Assembly (NCBI GenBank): GCA_964016885.1
Contig: OZ024752.1
Span: forward strand, 39,556,001 to 39,620,000
DNA from: Eledone cirrhosa
Taxonomy: Eukaryota
Direction: 5' to 3'
Length of the DNA stretch: 64,000 nucleotides
The translations under genes and the position numbers were made by a program. How positions within the stretch are numbered: the stretch's first letter is position 1; every line of letters starts with the position of its first letter. Under the pieces are notes generated by a model, which had not been told where the DNA came from, did not search any database, and saw only the letters and a list, made by a program, of their open reading frames with translations. Positions 53,216 to 64,000 of the stretch are shown here, piece by piece.

Positions 53216-56200
53216 GTATAGGATTATCCAAGATGTAGTGATGGTTAATTACTACACTGGATATGGTTGACGTACGGTAAGAGGTTACTCTACGAGTTAT
53301 GGAAGAATTGTTCAAGAAACTTAGTTCCTGATCCTTCAGTATTCCGGAGTGTATATAAAGAATGAATAATAACAGGTAGACATCATAAAAAGGTAGTTTA
53401 TTCCGTGTGCTTACAAGTGTTTCCACGGTGGTGCTGCAGCCTAGTTCCGCTACGTGCAAATTCCCAAGTATTTGCAGAACTCGAATATCCAATGCTGTGA
53501 CCACTGTTTCCTCAGAGCAGATTCTGCTCTGAGGAAACAGTGGTCACAGCATTGGATATTCGAGTTCTGCAAATACTTGGGAATTTGCACGTAGCGGAAC
53601 TAGGCTGCAGCACCACCGTGGAAACACTTGTAAGCACACGGAATAAACTACCTTTTTATGATGTCTACCTGTTATTATTCATTCTTTATATATATATATA
53701 TATATATTTTTATTTTTTTTATTTTTATTTTATTTTTATTTATTTATTATTATTATTTTTTTCTTTTTTCTTTCTCCTCGTGCAATGGCCATACTCGATA
53801 ACGAGGGGGCAGCCATCATGTATGTATGTATGTATGTATGTATGTATGTATGTATGTTTGTGTGTGTGTGCCTTTGTATGAGTATATTTGTATATGCATT
53901 TTAAAAAATTGAGATTTTTTTTAACTAAGCCTTCATGATATTTATTCAGCATTAAGTTACAGATATCTTTCTCTGGAAGAAATCTGCCGTATTCAGACCT
54001 GGAGAGGAGTTAGGCTATGCCAGGCTTAAGAAATTTGTTCTAGAAAAAATGCTGTATGGGAATACAGTATTCCACACCTCCCTCTGGAGTTATGGGACCA
54101 TATATACATACATGCATACATTCTTCTTTGTATGTGCTAAACTATAGAGTATAAGACATCAGAGTTTACAGACATTCATTGCCTTTTTCAATTTCATGAA
54201 GCAAATAAATACCAGTTTCAAAATGAATTAAAATGCACAGGCAGTGTATTCCAATAAAAATTATGGTTGCAAACAGTTTAAAATATACTGCGATGACTCC
54301 TTGTAATAGTTCTTTCCATGGAATCCTTATAGGATTTTACAAAATTTACAGAATCCACATCTATATTTTACAGTTTCTCCAAGACATTGACAGTTTTGCT
54401 AAAGTGAGAATTTATTCATATAAAAATAAACATATAATAGTCAATATGTGGTGTACTTCTGTGCAAAGATACTATAAAATAGAAGACCCTCGAAGATGGA
54501 AAAAAAATTTGCCATTCTAGTGGCCAATAGCAAATTCTTTTATTAAGGGTCCCCACCCTATTTTATGAGTTATTTTTAGCATCTCCACCACTCTCTATAT
54601 TGACTTAATCCTTCCAGTGCTTTGTAAATAAAGCCTGAGAGATCGGTTATGTATACATGATGTTTGTAAACATGTGATAATTTAAAAAATCAAATTCTAT
54701 TAAAATACACCTCAAGCAGTTCTTAGAAACACATTTTGGGAAATATTGTATTATAACATTGATGAACATCAGATTCTTCAATTCTAATTACCTGCCTTCA
54801 AGTCCTGATAAAGTAAACTGTTACCATTGTGCTTGTTGTAATGTTTGTTTATATTTTAAAATATTTCAGGATAAGGGAACAGTACGAAATGCTAACTATG
54901 CTACACTTAACATAAGGATTACAGATGGAGATGACCTTGACCCAGCTTTTATCTACCCAACATGTTACAAAGTGAATAATCATTGTATATCACCACAATA
55001 TGATCTAAAGATAAATGGTGGAATAGTAAGTGAAAGTTTTATTTTGTTGATGTTGTTGTTGTCATTATGTAGCCACAGGCTGGTCTTGATCAAGAAGCTA
55101 TTCGGCATGTTTGTAATTGGTTCAAAAACTAGATGTGATTTGCAGATCAGTAGAGGTAAGTTGCCTGCAAAACTAAGTTCTTAAGTTGGTAACTATTTCA
55201 CTGCCCTTATACTGCTAATGTTATTAGGAAAAAGGGCGGTGGATTGGCAGTATCGGTAGAGAGTCGGACACCATGCTTTGAAGCGTAGAGTTACGTCCCT
55301 TTATGATCTGAGTTCAATTCCCGCCGAGGTTAACTTTGCCTTTCATCCTTACAGGTTCGATAAAATAAAGTACCAGTAATGTACTGGGTAATTGCTGGCC
55401 TTGTGCCAAAAGTAGAAACAGTTATTAGGAAAAACACAAACATCACAACTTTCTATTTCTTGGTTCTAGTTAAAAGAAAAAATGCAATATGATGTAATGT
55501 TAATTTGAAGGTAAATGTTTGTTGTGAAGAGGGCAATTATATTGAGAAAATAGCTGAGTATTGGCTAATGAGTGGTGGAAAGACAACAGTATTTAGAAAT
55601 ATATGGATGATGCAGACTAAGTGGGAAAGTGCCATAAAACACCCAATACACAATGTAAATGTGGTTGCCATTAGGAAGGGCATCCAGCCATAGAAACCAA
55701 GCCCAAATCAGTTCTCTATGAGGAAGACATGATGATTTAACCTGGCTTGTCTCACAATGGGACAACTCATCTAACCCATGCTAGTGTGGGAAAATGGATG
55801 TTAAACGGTGATGATGATAATGAATGCACACACATTTGTTCATAGTGGCATGCAATTGATTTATCAAGACTTATAAATATCTTGCTTTTATTGTCTTTCA
55901 GATTAATAACAATTTACAACTTTATCCCAAACCAGTGAACAACCCATATGTGGCAGTGTCACTGAAAGCTAAAGACAAAGACACACTGAATTCAAATTTA
56001 AAACTCTATATTGAAAGTAAGTGTATTTAATTTCAATTCTTCAAGAACTTCTTTTCCATAAATTTTTGCTCCTAGTTTTCTAGTTTAGATGTGTTCAATA
56101 GCAACAGGCGTTGATTGGCTGTATTTGTATAATTATTCTCTTTGCTCATATTTATTGACAGATGCAAACAAAAGAAATAAATGTTTGGTTTGGGCATGTA

Positions 56201-59200
56201 AGAAAGGAATAAGATATGCTCTGTGAAACTTATGTCATAAGTTGGTAGTAAAGACACCAAGGAAGATTTTGAGAAAGTAATTCTTTAGTCAGGCTTGAGA
56301 GCATTGAATGTTGTAGAATGGAATATGCATTAGGAAAAAAACTGGTGAAAATGGTGACATCGATGATGATGATGATGAAAAAACTGGTTAAGATTATTCT
56401 TGATCTTACTGCAATTAAGATATTATATCCCACACTGTAAAGTGGTCGTTTTGGTGCTCTGATTAAAGATCCATGTTGTAAAGTAATCATTTTGAAGCCA
56501 CAACAAAAAGCTCCCAATCCGTGCTGTCAAGTGGTCATGTTGGTGTCATGACAAAAAACACCTTGTCCATGCTGTAAAGTGGTCATGTTAGTGTCATGAC
56601 AAAAAGCACCTTGTCCATCTGGAAAGTGGTCATGTTGGTGTCATGACAAAAAGCTCCTAATCCATGCTGTAAAGTGGTCATATTGGTGTCATGACAAAAA
56701 GCTCCCAATCCATGCTGTAAAGTGGTCATATTGGTGTCATGACAAAAAGCACATTGTCCATGTTGCAAAGTGGTCATGTTAGTGTCATGACAAAAAAGCA
56801 CCTTGTCCATGCTGTAAGGTGGTCATCTTGGTGTCATGTCAAAAAGCACCTTGTCCATGCCACGATAAAAAGCAACTAGTTCACAGTAAATGTGGTTGGC
56901 ATTAGGAAGGCCATCCATCTGTAGAAACTAAGCTAGAAACAGTTTTGTGTGAACAAAACATGGTCATCTGACCTGACTTGTCTCATAGCAGGACAACTCA
57001 CCTAACCCATTCTAGAAGGGAAAATGGATGTTAAACAATGATGATGATGATCCATGAGAATTTTAAAATCCCAAGCTGCACAACAAGTGTTTTTCAGTGT
57101 TTCTGTCTGCAATCCACCCTCAGTGGATCCTGGAAAGTTCAGGTTTAGTATATAGTGCTGACAATTCTTTAATGGCTATTGTTTTTACTTTGGTTTCTTG
57201 GTTTTAAATATATGAGAAATATTTCTTCTCCTAGATATGTTGATGATTTATTGCAGTTTTTATTCTCAGAAAATGTAATACTATTCTTGACAAGTAGAGC
57301 AGTGGTTCTCAACGGTGGGCCAAGGGCCCACTTAGTGAGCCCAGGACAATTTTGAGTGGGCCCGGAGAAATTTTAGTGGGCCTGGAAATTTGTTCAGACT
57401 TTCTTGGAACTTAAGATCACACAAAATTTAAATGCAGTCGGGATCATATGGGGGTAAGTGTTCCAGAATGCTCTTTGAGCACTCTGGCAATTTCTAGGGA
57501 GTGAAGTGGGCCGGGAGAACAAAAAAATTGAGAAGCACTAGTATATATATCATGTGGGGGTTATAGTCCGGAATAGTTTTTGAGCACTAGTTTACGCTTA
57601 AAGTGGGCCCGGGGGTCAAAAAGGTTGAGAAACACTGAAGTAGAGGATGGGAGGAGGTATTGTAGAATATAGCGATTTATTCAGAAACACAGTTTCAGCA
57701 GATTTGAACTCACAATCCCTGAGTTAACAGTCGAATATTTTATCTACTTGGTCATCTTCTATAGCTTAGATCTTGCTTCAGTTTGTAATGCCATCCACTC
57801 AACCCTGAAATTAAAGTAGTATATGTTTCCAGCAAGGTTTAACTCGATATACAATTTGAAATTTATAACAATATCAGAAATAATGAAATATAATGACCTG
57901 CTAGAAAAAAACATGAATGCTTTATTTATCTTGCTATTTTCAGGTGGACAATTTAAAAATGATTTCACTGTAAATCTAATAAGTTCAGTAAATGGATATG
58001 AATGGACCATCTTGCAAAATAAAGCAATTTCATCTGAAGGTGAATTTCCAATGATAATCCGAGTAAGTTTTAAACTTTAAGAAAACTTTTTGATGTATAA
58101 TTTCAAATTTATATTTATAAAAATGTGATACTCATATATTTAATCCTCTTAGTTATTTAGCTTATTTTGTTTATTCTATTAAGTTTGTTTCTGTGTTTTA
58201 TTATTTATCAATATTAGAGTAGGGAATTGACAGAATTATTAAAGCATCAGACAAAATGCTTAGCAGTATTTGTTCTGTTTTTTTTTTATGCACTCATATT
58301 AAATAAGCCTTTCATACTTGCAAAAATTATAAAATAAAGTATCGGTCCGTTCCTGATTTTGAAATAATCAGCTATCCTTTCTCCCCCAAATTCCTGGCCT
58401 TGTGCCAATATAAGAAACCATTATCACTATTTGTTATATCTCCAGGGTGGTGAATTGACAGTATTGGTAGAACATTGAATAAAATGCTTTGCAGTATTTA
58501 GATACAACTTTCTTTGTTATGAGTTCAAATCCTACCGAGGTCAACTTTACCTTTCATCCTTTCAAGTTTGATAAAATAATGTACCATTAGGGTCTTTCCT
58601 CTTCTCCTTAATTGCTGGCTTTGTGCCAAGGTTAGAAAGAACTGCTAAAAAGAATTATTTGTTATTTTTCATATCTATTTTATTATTTATATATTAATAA
58701 TTTTTTAAATACATTTTTATTGCATTTTATATTATCCACTGAATACCTAGAAATTACAGTTAAATCTAGGAGTTTTTTTAGATTGACAAAGATTATTTTA
58801 GAAGAATAGTGGTAAGAAGCTTTCAGGAGAGCTAGACAGCAGGAGGTCTTCAGAGAAAAAACTCTCCTTAAGCAAGTGTTTCGGCCCTTAATTTCTACAA
58901 AGGCTGAAACACATGTAAAAACATTTGGTCGATTATGTTCCAAACATAAGTAGTAAGAAACTCTCAGGAGAGCTGGACAGCTGAAGGTTTTCAGAGAAGA
59001 AACTCTCAGGAGAGCTGGACAGCAGAAGGTTTTCAGAGAAGAAACTCAGGAGAGCTGGACAGCAGAAGGTTTTCAGAGAAGAAACTCTCAGGAGAGCTGG
59101 ACAGCAGAAGGTTTTCAGAGAAGAAACTCAGGAGAGCTGGACAGCAGAAGGTTTTCAGAGAAGAAACTCTCAGGAGAGCTGGACAGCAGAAGGTTTTCAG

Positions 59201-62200
59201 AGAAGAAACTCAGGAGAGCTGGACAGCAGAAGGTTTTCAGAGAAGAAAGTCAGGAGAGCTGGACAGCAGAAGGTTTTCAGAGAAGAAATTCAGGAGAGCT
59301 GGACAGCAGAAGGTTTTCAGAGAAGAAACTCTCAGGAGAGCTGGACAGCAGAAAGTTTTAAGAGAAGAAACGCTACTCAAGCGAGTATTTCTGTCCTTAA
59401 CTTCTAAAAGTATTGTGAATGTGCTGAATTAACGCTACAATTGAGTAGTAGACAATTTAGTTGAATACTTTGTAATTTCTTAATAACTACATTGGGAAAA
59501 TTTTGGAACAGCACAGAAATATATTATGTCAACTATATTTTACAAAAAGAAGTTCTACCATGATGGAAATATGGAATAAAAAAAAGATAAAGACAAAATT
59601 AAGTAATGGAAAACATAAGGAAAGGGGGTAAAGAAGAGCAGATCTAACAGTATAGGAAAGGACTATAAATACCATAAATATGAGGAAGAGGAGGGAAAAA
59701 GCAAGAACTATTAGGCCACAGAAAAAAGAGAGGAGGAAAGGGGGAAGGTGACAGACTCTGTTCCTAGGGTGGGGCAGTGTTTTGGCTGCACCCCTCAGAC
59801 AAAACTGGAAAAGTATTTCCGTGGACAATGGTCAATGACATCTGCTGCAACAGCCACTCCACCTTGTGGAACTAATTAAAACTCAAATTAGTCTAATTCA
59901 GATTACAAACAGATTAGTCTGTCTGGTACACTATTGATAGTTTCCATTTTATAATTTACTACATTTTGTATATAAAATAATTGTTTCTGCGTTTGGCACA
60001 AGGCCACCAATTACCCCCGACCCTATAAGAATGAAAGGCAATGTTAACCTCGGCGGGATTTGAACTCAGAACGTAAAGGGTTATAACTCTATGCTGCAAA
60101 GCATGGTATCTGACACTCTACCGATACTGCGAACATAATATTAATGTTTAGTAGTAGAAGTATACTGAACAATTGTTAATACTGATGTAACCAGATGTGC
60201 TTTCAATCTGGCTGCTTTCATGTCTTACCCTACCCCTCTCCTTTAGAAAGAATGACTAGGCAATGCTTAGACATTCTTGACTAACTTCTCTATTTTCTTC
60301 TTGTCACTCTGACACCACACTAACCACCACACCAAATCCCTCCTAGCCACAGCATTGGCCCTCTGGAATTTCTTCTGCCTTGCATACATTTTTCCCTGTA
60401 GCTCTTTACTTTAAAATTTTACAAGAAACATTAACCTTGTCCACATTAGCGGCATTACTGGTCTCAGAAGACCTATGAAGAACATAGGCATAGCTTCTTC
60501 CTCCAGACTAATCAGATAAAAAAAGAAAAATATAAGAAAAAACTGTGAAAGAGCAAAGGGTAGAAACCAAAACCAAATTCTCTGGTGCAAATATCAATCT
60601 TCTCTTCAAATAAATTTTAAAAGTTAGCTTTATTTCTTGGAGGATTTTTAAAATGTGGACCCAAGAAAGCTTTTGATGTTATTGTTTAGTCCCTGGTCAG
60701 TAATGATTGAGCAGACCTATAATCAAAAGCCTTTCAGTTATGACCCTTCTGTCTATATTTTTTTCAGACATCTAGACTATCGGTAGAGAGTCGGACACCA
60801 TGCTTTGAAGCATAGAGTTACGGCCCTTTATGATCTGAGTTCAAATCCCGCCGAGGTTAACTTTGCCTTTCATCCTTTACGGGGGTCGATAAAATAAAGT
60901 ACCAGTAATGTACTGGGTAATTGCTGGCCTTGAGCCTAAAGTAGAAACAATTATGTATTTATTTATTTATTTTTTTTTTTTTTTTGAGTCGTAGAGTAAG
61001 ATTTGAGGGGGTATTTCAAGGATATTTGTAGCAAGTGTAATTACCTCCTTCTCTGTCTCCTACTTATTCCTGGGAGGATCATGGATGGGGTGGTGGAATC
61101 CTCAAGCACACTTTCTGGTGGATCCTGTCAAAAGCAACCATCTCCAACTGATCTGACTGGATCCCAAGCGAGACCAGCTGAGCTCATGGATGTTATCTAG
61201 CCATAGCCATCTTGCTTGGGGTGGTTTACCCCTTGGTCTGAGCTGAGGTCGGAGCTGAGATCTCTCAATCTGGAGAAATAGTGACTCTCTGATCTCCGAG
61301 CTATGCACTCTATCAAGTAACATTGCTCCAGAAAGCCTTTGGAGGAACCACAGTTCAGCCATTTGTATTCACTATCATATTCTTTCAGTCATTACCATAA
61401 GAATTTATTTTAGTTGAAACAAATTAGCAGTTATTCAGAATTATGTCAAGCAGAGCTGAATGTGAAAGTTTTTACTTCAAGACTCATCAGACATCAATTA
61501 TTATAACCCTAAAGGCGGTGGATTGGCAGTATTGGTAGAGGGTCGGATGCCATGCTTTGACGCATAGAGTTACAGCCCTTGCCATTCTGAGTTCAAAACC
61601 CGCCGAGGTTAAACTTTGCCTTTCATCCTTTACGGGGTCGATAAAATAAAGTACCAGTAATACACTGGTTAATTGCTGGCCTTGTGCCTAACGTAGAAAC
61701 AATTATTATAACCCTTTAGCATTTACATTACTCCATATTTACTATTGTATTTTCACAGTAAAGGCTTTATCTTACATAATTATCCCACATAATATCGAAG
61801 CTATGAGATTTTTATATTATTTATTTTGAGAACAATACCCTAAAGTTGGTATGAGTGGCTGGTTATGACTGGTTTAAACAGAAAGAGGTGAGGGAATTCT
61901 GGCTGGATACGGCTGGCTTAATTGCTAAAGGGTTAATGTTCTATATTGTACATGGTGGTCATAAGTAACAGGCAGTCCAACATTTATATTTTAAATAAAT
62001 CATCATAATCATCACCATCATAGAATCATTACTATCGTTTTCAGCATCATTATCACTATCACAGTCAGTAATATCTTTGCTATTCTCGCCACCCTCACCT
62101 TCATCCTTATCATGACATCATCATCATCATCATCATTTTGAATAGAATTATCATCATTAGAAGGAGCAGCTTCATTGTATTGTTGTCCACTACTCCTTTC

Positions 62201-63398
62201 CTTCTTAATCTCCCCCTCTTCTCCTTATCATCATCATCATCATTTTACGTCCGCTTTTCCCTGCTTGCAAGGGTGGGACGGGTCCTATTCAGCACAACAT
62301 CTCTCCACTTGTCACGGTCCTTCGTCATCTCCTCCGTGAGCTTCAGCGATCTGAGGTCAGCTCTCACCACCTTCGCCCATGATGGACATCCTCTACTGCA
62401 TCTTCCTTCCACAGGGATTTCTTAACACTTCTTTACCCAGCAGTCATCCTCCATGTGCATCACATGTCCATACCATCACAGTCATCTCTCCCACACACTG
62501 CAGCTTATCCCTCTTATACCCAGTTTCTCTCTCAACTCGTCTGTGTTTGGTCGTTCACGCACATTGACATTGCACATCCAACAGAGTATGCTTGCTTCAT
62601 TTCCCTCCAGCTATTGCATATCCTCCACAGTTGCTGCCCATGTCTCACTACCATCATCTATCATCATCATCATCATCATCATACGACCGCTTTTCCCTGC
62701 TCGCAAGGGTGGGACGGGTCCTATTCAGCACAGCATCTCTCCATTTGTCACGGTCTTTTGATATCCATGTGATACCCATTTCTCCCTGAAAGCATGGGTT
62801 CACTTGGTTTACTGATGACTCTATTTTATTTCTTGTTTCAACACTTTTGAATATTCATGCTGATTTTATAATAAATTTAATCATTTGTTCATCTTTGTAA
62901 ATCACATAAAGAAATCAATGTTTTTTTAAATTTTTTCTTCTTTAATCCTTTAGTATTTACATTACTCTATATATACTATTGTATTTTCATGGTAAAGGCT
63001 TTATCTCACATAATATTGAATCTACGAGATTTTGATATTATATATTTTGAGAACAATACCTTAATGTCAGTATAAATGGCCGGTTTCAGCTGGTTTGAAC
63101 AGAAAAAGGTGAGAGAATTCTGGCTGGATATGGCCGGTTTAAATGCTAAAGGGTTAAACTATTTTAAAAATCCATAAATGTTTTTCTTTCTTCTTTAATT
63201 CAGGTAGAAGAACAGAATTTTAATAAACGTTATGCCACCGCTATTATAAATTTGAAAATAGTGGCTCAAGATAAAAATAACCCTGTGATTACTTCAGGAA
63301 CGACAGGTTATATATATGAGAATTCTCTTACTGGCTCATTAGTTTCAAGAGACAGATCGAATAACCCTATGGTTATCACTGTAACAGATGCAGATTTG
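36129..63398 (+). CDS. Cad99C: Multi-exon cadherin, Cad99C/protocadherin-15-like (11 coding exons in window, 3'-incomplete)
   Basis: Manual splicing of 11 GT-AG exons gives 1305 nt = 435 codons with consistent phases and no stop. It has a signal peptide, then cadherin motifs [31 protein letters not shown]-x3-C-x6-C, AKDKD and VTDAD. The DGDD linker followed by a Cys-Cys loop is characteristic of PCDH15/Cad99C; orthology is not verified by search. Confidence 0.8.
36375..36446 (+). CDS. Cadherin coding exon 2 ([24 protein letters not shown])
   Basis: tttcag acceptor, GTAAAT donor, phase 1-1, supplies N-terminal Cys of EC1. Confidence 0.8.
38844..39013 (+). CDS. Cadherin coding exon 3 ([10 protein letters not shown]...KAFDRD)
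   Basis: ttccag acceptor, GTAAGT donor, FDRD motif, phase 1-0. Confidence 0.9.
39120..40430 (+). mobile_element. Highly decayed CRE-like non-LTR retrotransposon remnant in intron 3
   Basis: [19 protein letters not shown]...GVAQHLG resembles the CRE post-RT segment; many stops and frameshifts. Confidence 0.55.
40472..40537 (+). CDS. Cadherin coding exon 4 ([22 protein letters not shown])
   Basis: ttctag acceptor, GTAAGT donor, 66 nt phase 0-0, contains second EC1 Cys; not in ORF track. Confidence 0.8.
40954..41174. repeat. 36-bp minisatellite x6
   Basis: CTTAACATGTGGTAAAACTTGCCTTTCTAAGACTGG repeated. Confidence 0.95.
41810..42275 (-). mobile_element. RTE-type LINE 3' fragment
   Basis: [17 protein letters not shown]...[14 protein letters not shown] thumb motif. 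Confidence 0.8.
43119..43217 (+). CDS. Cadherin coding exon 5 ([33 protein letters not shown])
   Basis: tttcag acceptor, GTAAGC donor, canonical DxNDNxPxF motif; not in ORF track. Confidence 0.95.
43440..45200 (-). mobile_element. Decayed CR1-group LINE reverse transcriptase
   Basis: VVPVFKK...[38 protein letters not shown] fragments in shifting frames. Confidence 0.85.
47179..47280 (+). CDS. Cadherin coding exon 6 ([34 protein letters not shown])
   Basis: tttcag acceptor, GTATGT donor, PxGT and AxDxDxGxN motifs. Confidence 0.95.
50019..51165. repeat. 74-bp tandem array (about 15 copies) inside a mariner MITE
   Basis: CATAGGCTGACCAAGATACTCTCAG... period 74. Confidence 0.95.
51531..51659 (+). 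CDS. Cadherin coding exon 7 (INGNDAFII...[21 protein letters not shown])
   Basis: ttgcag acceptor, GTAAGT donor, LDFE motif. Confidence 0.95.
51673..52700. repeat. Compound TA/TG/TATG microsatellite directly after exon 7
   Basis: Low complexity. Confidence 0.95.
53213..53692 (-). mobile_element. Family D PLE-like element, 169-bp arms with 3-nt loop (53352-53520/53524-53692), in intron 7
   Basis: Apparently perfect palindrome centred on GAGCAG-ATT-CTGCTC; (TA)n both sides. Confidence 0.85.
53525..53636 (+). ncRNA. Type I hammerhead with 85-nt stem II, family D (complete antisense twin 53408-53519)
   Basis: UGCU-CUGAGGA-[85 nt]-GAAA-CACUUG-UA-AGCA. Confidence 0.7.
54870..55025 (+). CDS. Cadherin coding exon 8 ([52 protein letters not shown])
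   Basis: tttcag acceptor, GTAAGT donor, DGDDxxP linker and Cys pair. Confidence 0.95.
55902..56016 (+). CDS. Cadherin coding exon 9 ([11 protein letters not shown]...[17 protein letters not shown])
   Basis: tttcag acceptor, GTAAGT donor, AxDxD motif, phase 0-1; not in ORF track. Confidence 0.9.
56495..56860. repeat. ~40-bp diverged minisatellite inside a SINE-like element
   Basis: AAGTGGTCATGTTGGTGTCATGACAAAAAGC...CCATGCTGTA units. Confidence 0.9.
57300..57637. mobile_element. hAT-type MITE
   Basis: TIR CAGTGGTTCTCAAC/GTTGAGAAACACTG, perfect 8-bp TSD AAGTAGAG. Confidence 0.9.
57944..58062 (+). CDS. Cadherin coding exon 10 ([12 protein letters not shown]...EFPMIIR)
   Basis: tttcag acceptor, GTAAGT donor, phase 1-0 matches neighbours. 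Confidence 0.85.
58955..59371. repeat. 38/40-bp minisatellite, about 10 copies
   Basis: CAGGAGAGCTGGACAGCAGAAGGTTTTCAGAGAAGAAACT(CT); diverged seed copy near 58824. Confidence 0.95.
63204..63398 (+). CDS. Cadherin coding exon 11 ([29 protein letters not shown]...GYIYEN...VTDADL)
   Basis: attcag acceptor, GTAAGC donor, GYIxEN and VxDxD motifs; not in ORF track. Confidence 0.92.
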
Positions 63399-64000
63399 GT
63401 AAGCAAAATTTAACACTTTGATATGTTATAACACATCACATTGTCTAGAATATTTCTCGCAGAAGAATTTATATTTCTTCTTCTTCTTCCTGAACATGTA
63501 GAAAAGTAATTGTAACAATATTAAAATAATATTTATAACAATCACATTATTCACAGGCAGCTAAAAACAAATTTGTTTAAGCTGTAACATTCCATGTTTT
63601 GCATACTCTTGGGTCTCAAATAAAAACCCCTCTTTCCCCGGCCACTTATTAATTTTTCAGATCCCCCCCTCCGCCTGCTTATAAAATTTTGCTAATCTAC
63701 CTCCAGTGAAATTTTATTTCATTTGGTAGCATTCCTACGACAATTAATTTTCTTCAGACATTAAAAAACATTATACACAGCAAATAAAAAGAACATTACA
63801 AGAAATCCCATACGTTATAACATATATAGGATCATCATCATCATCGGACTAAACAATTGATCTCCACGTGGGTATGTTGCTTATTGCTATTGCAAAGTCC
63901 TGGATTTCTTCAATACCAGAATCTCTGGAGATGACATTGGAGTAGGAGAGCTTGCGCCCCTGTTATTAATGACTGCTTGTGGTTTCCAAAGCACTAATGG

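Overview
AT-rich, repeat-dense eukaryotic DNA. The SINE families, (TA)n density and gene style point to a coleoid cephalopod, probably an octopus (inference). The only host gene I can support is a + strand cadherin of the Cad99C/protocadherin-15 type. I spliced 11 GT-AG exons between 36129 and 63398 into an open 435-codon frame (signal peptide, EC1-EC3, start of EC4); the gene runs off the window end. Most ORFs in the supplied track are microsatellite or SINE artefacts. The rest of the window holds two tRNA-derived SINE families, RTE/CR1/CRE LINE fragments, hAT/piggyBac/mariner MITEs, a Helitron-like element and many minisatellites. The most striking unannotated signal is a set of at least six unrelated-looking short non-coding element families inserted in (TA)n tracts. 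Each carries a minimal type I hammerhead ribozyme (CUGANGA...GAAA...NUH with a tiny palindromic stem III), and most are built as 95-200 bp head-to-head palindromes. This matches Penelope-like element pseudo-LTR/retrozyme-type insertions, and one family has an unusually large (85 nt) stem II insert.
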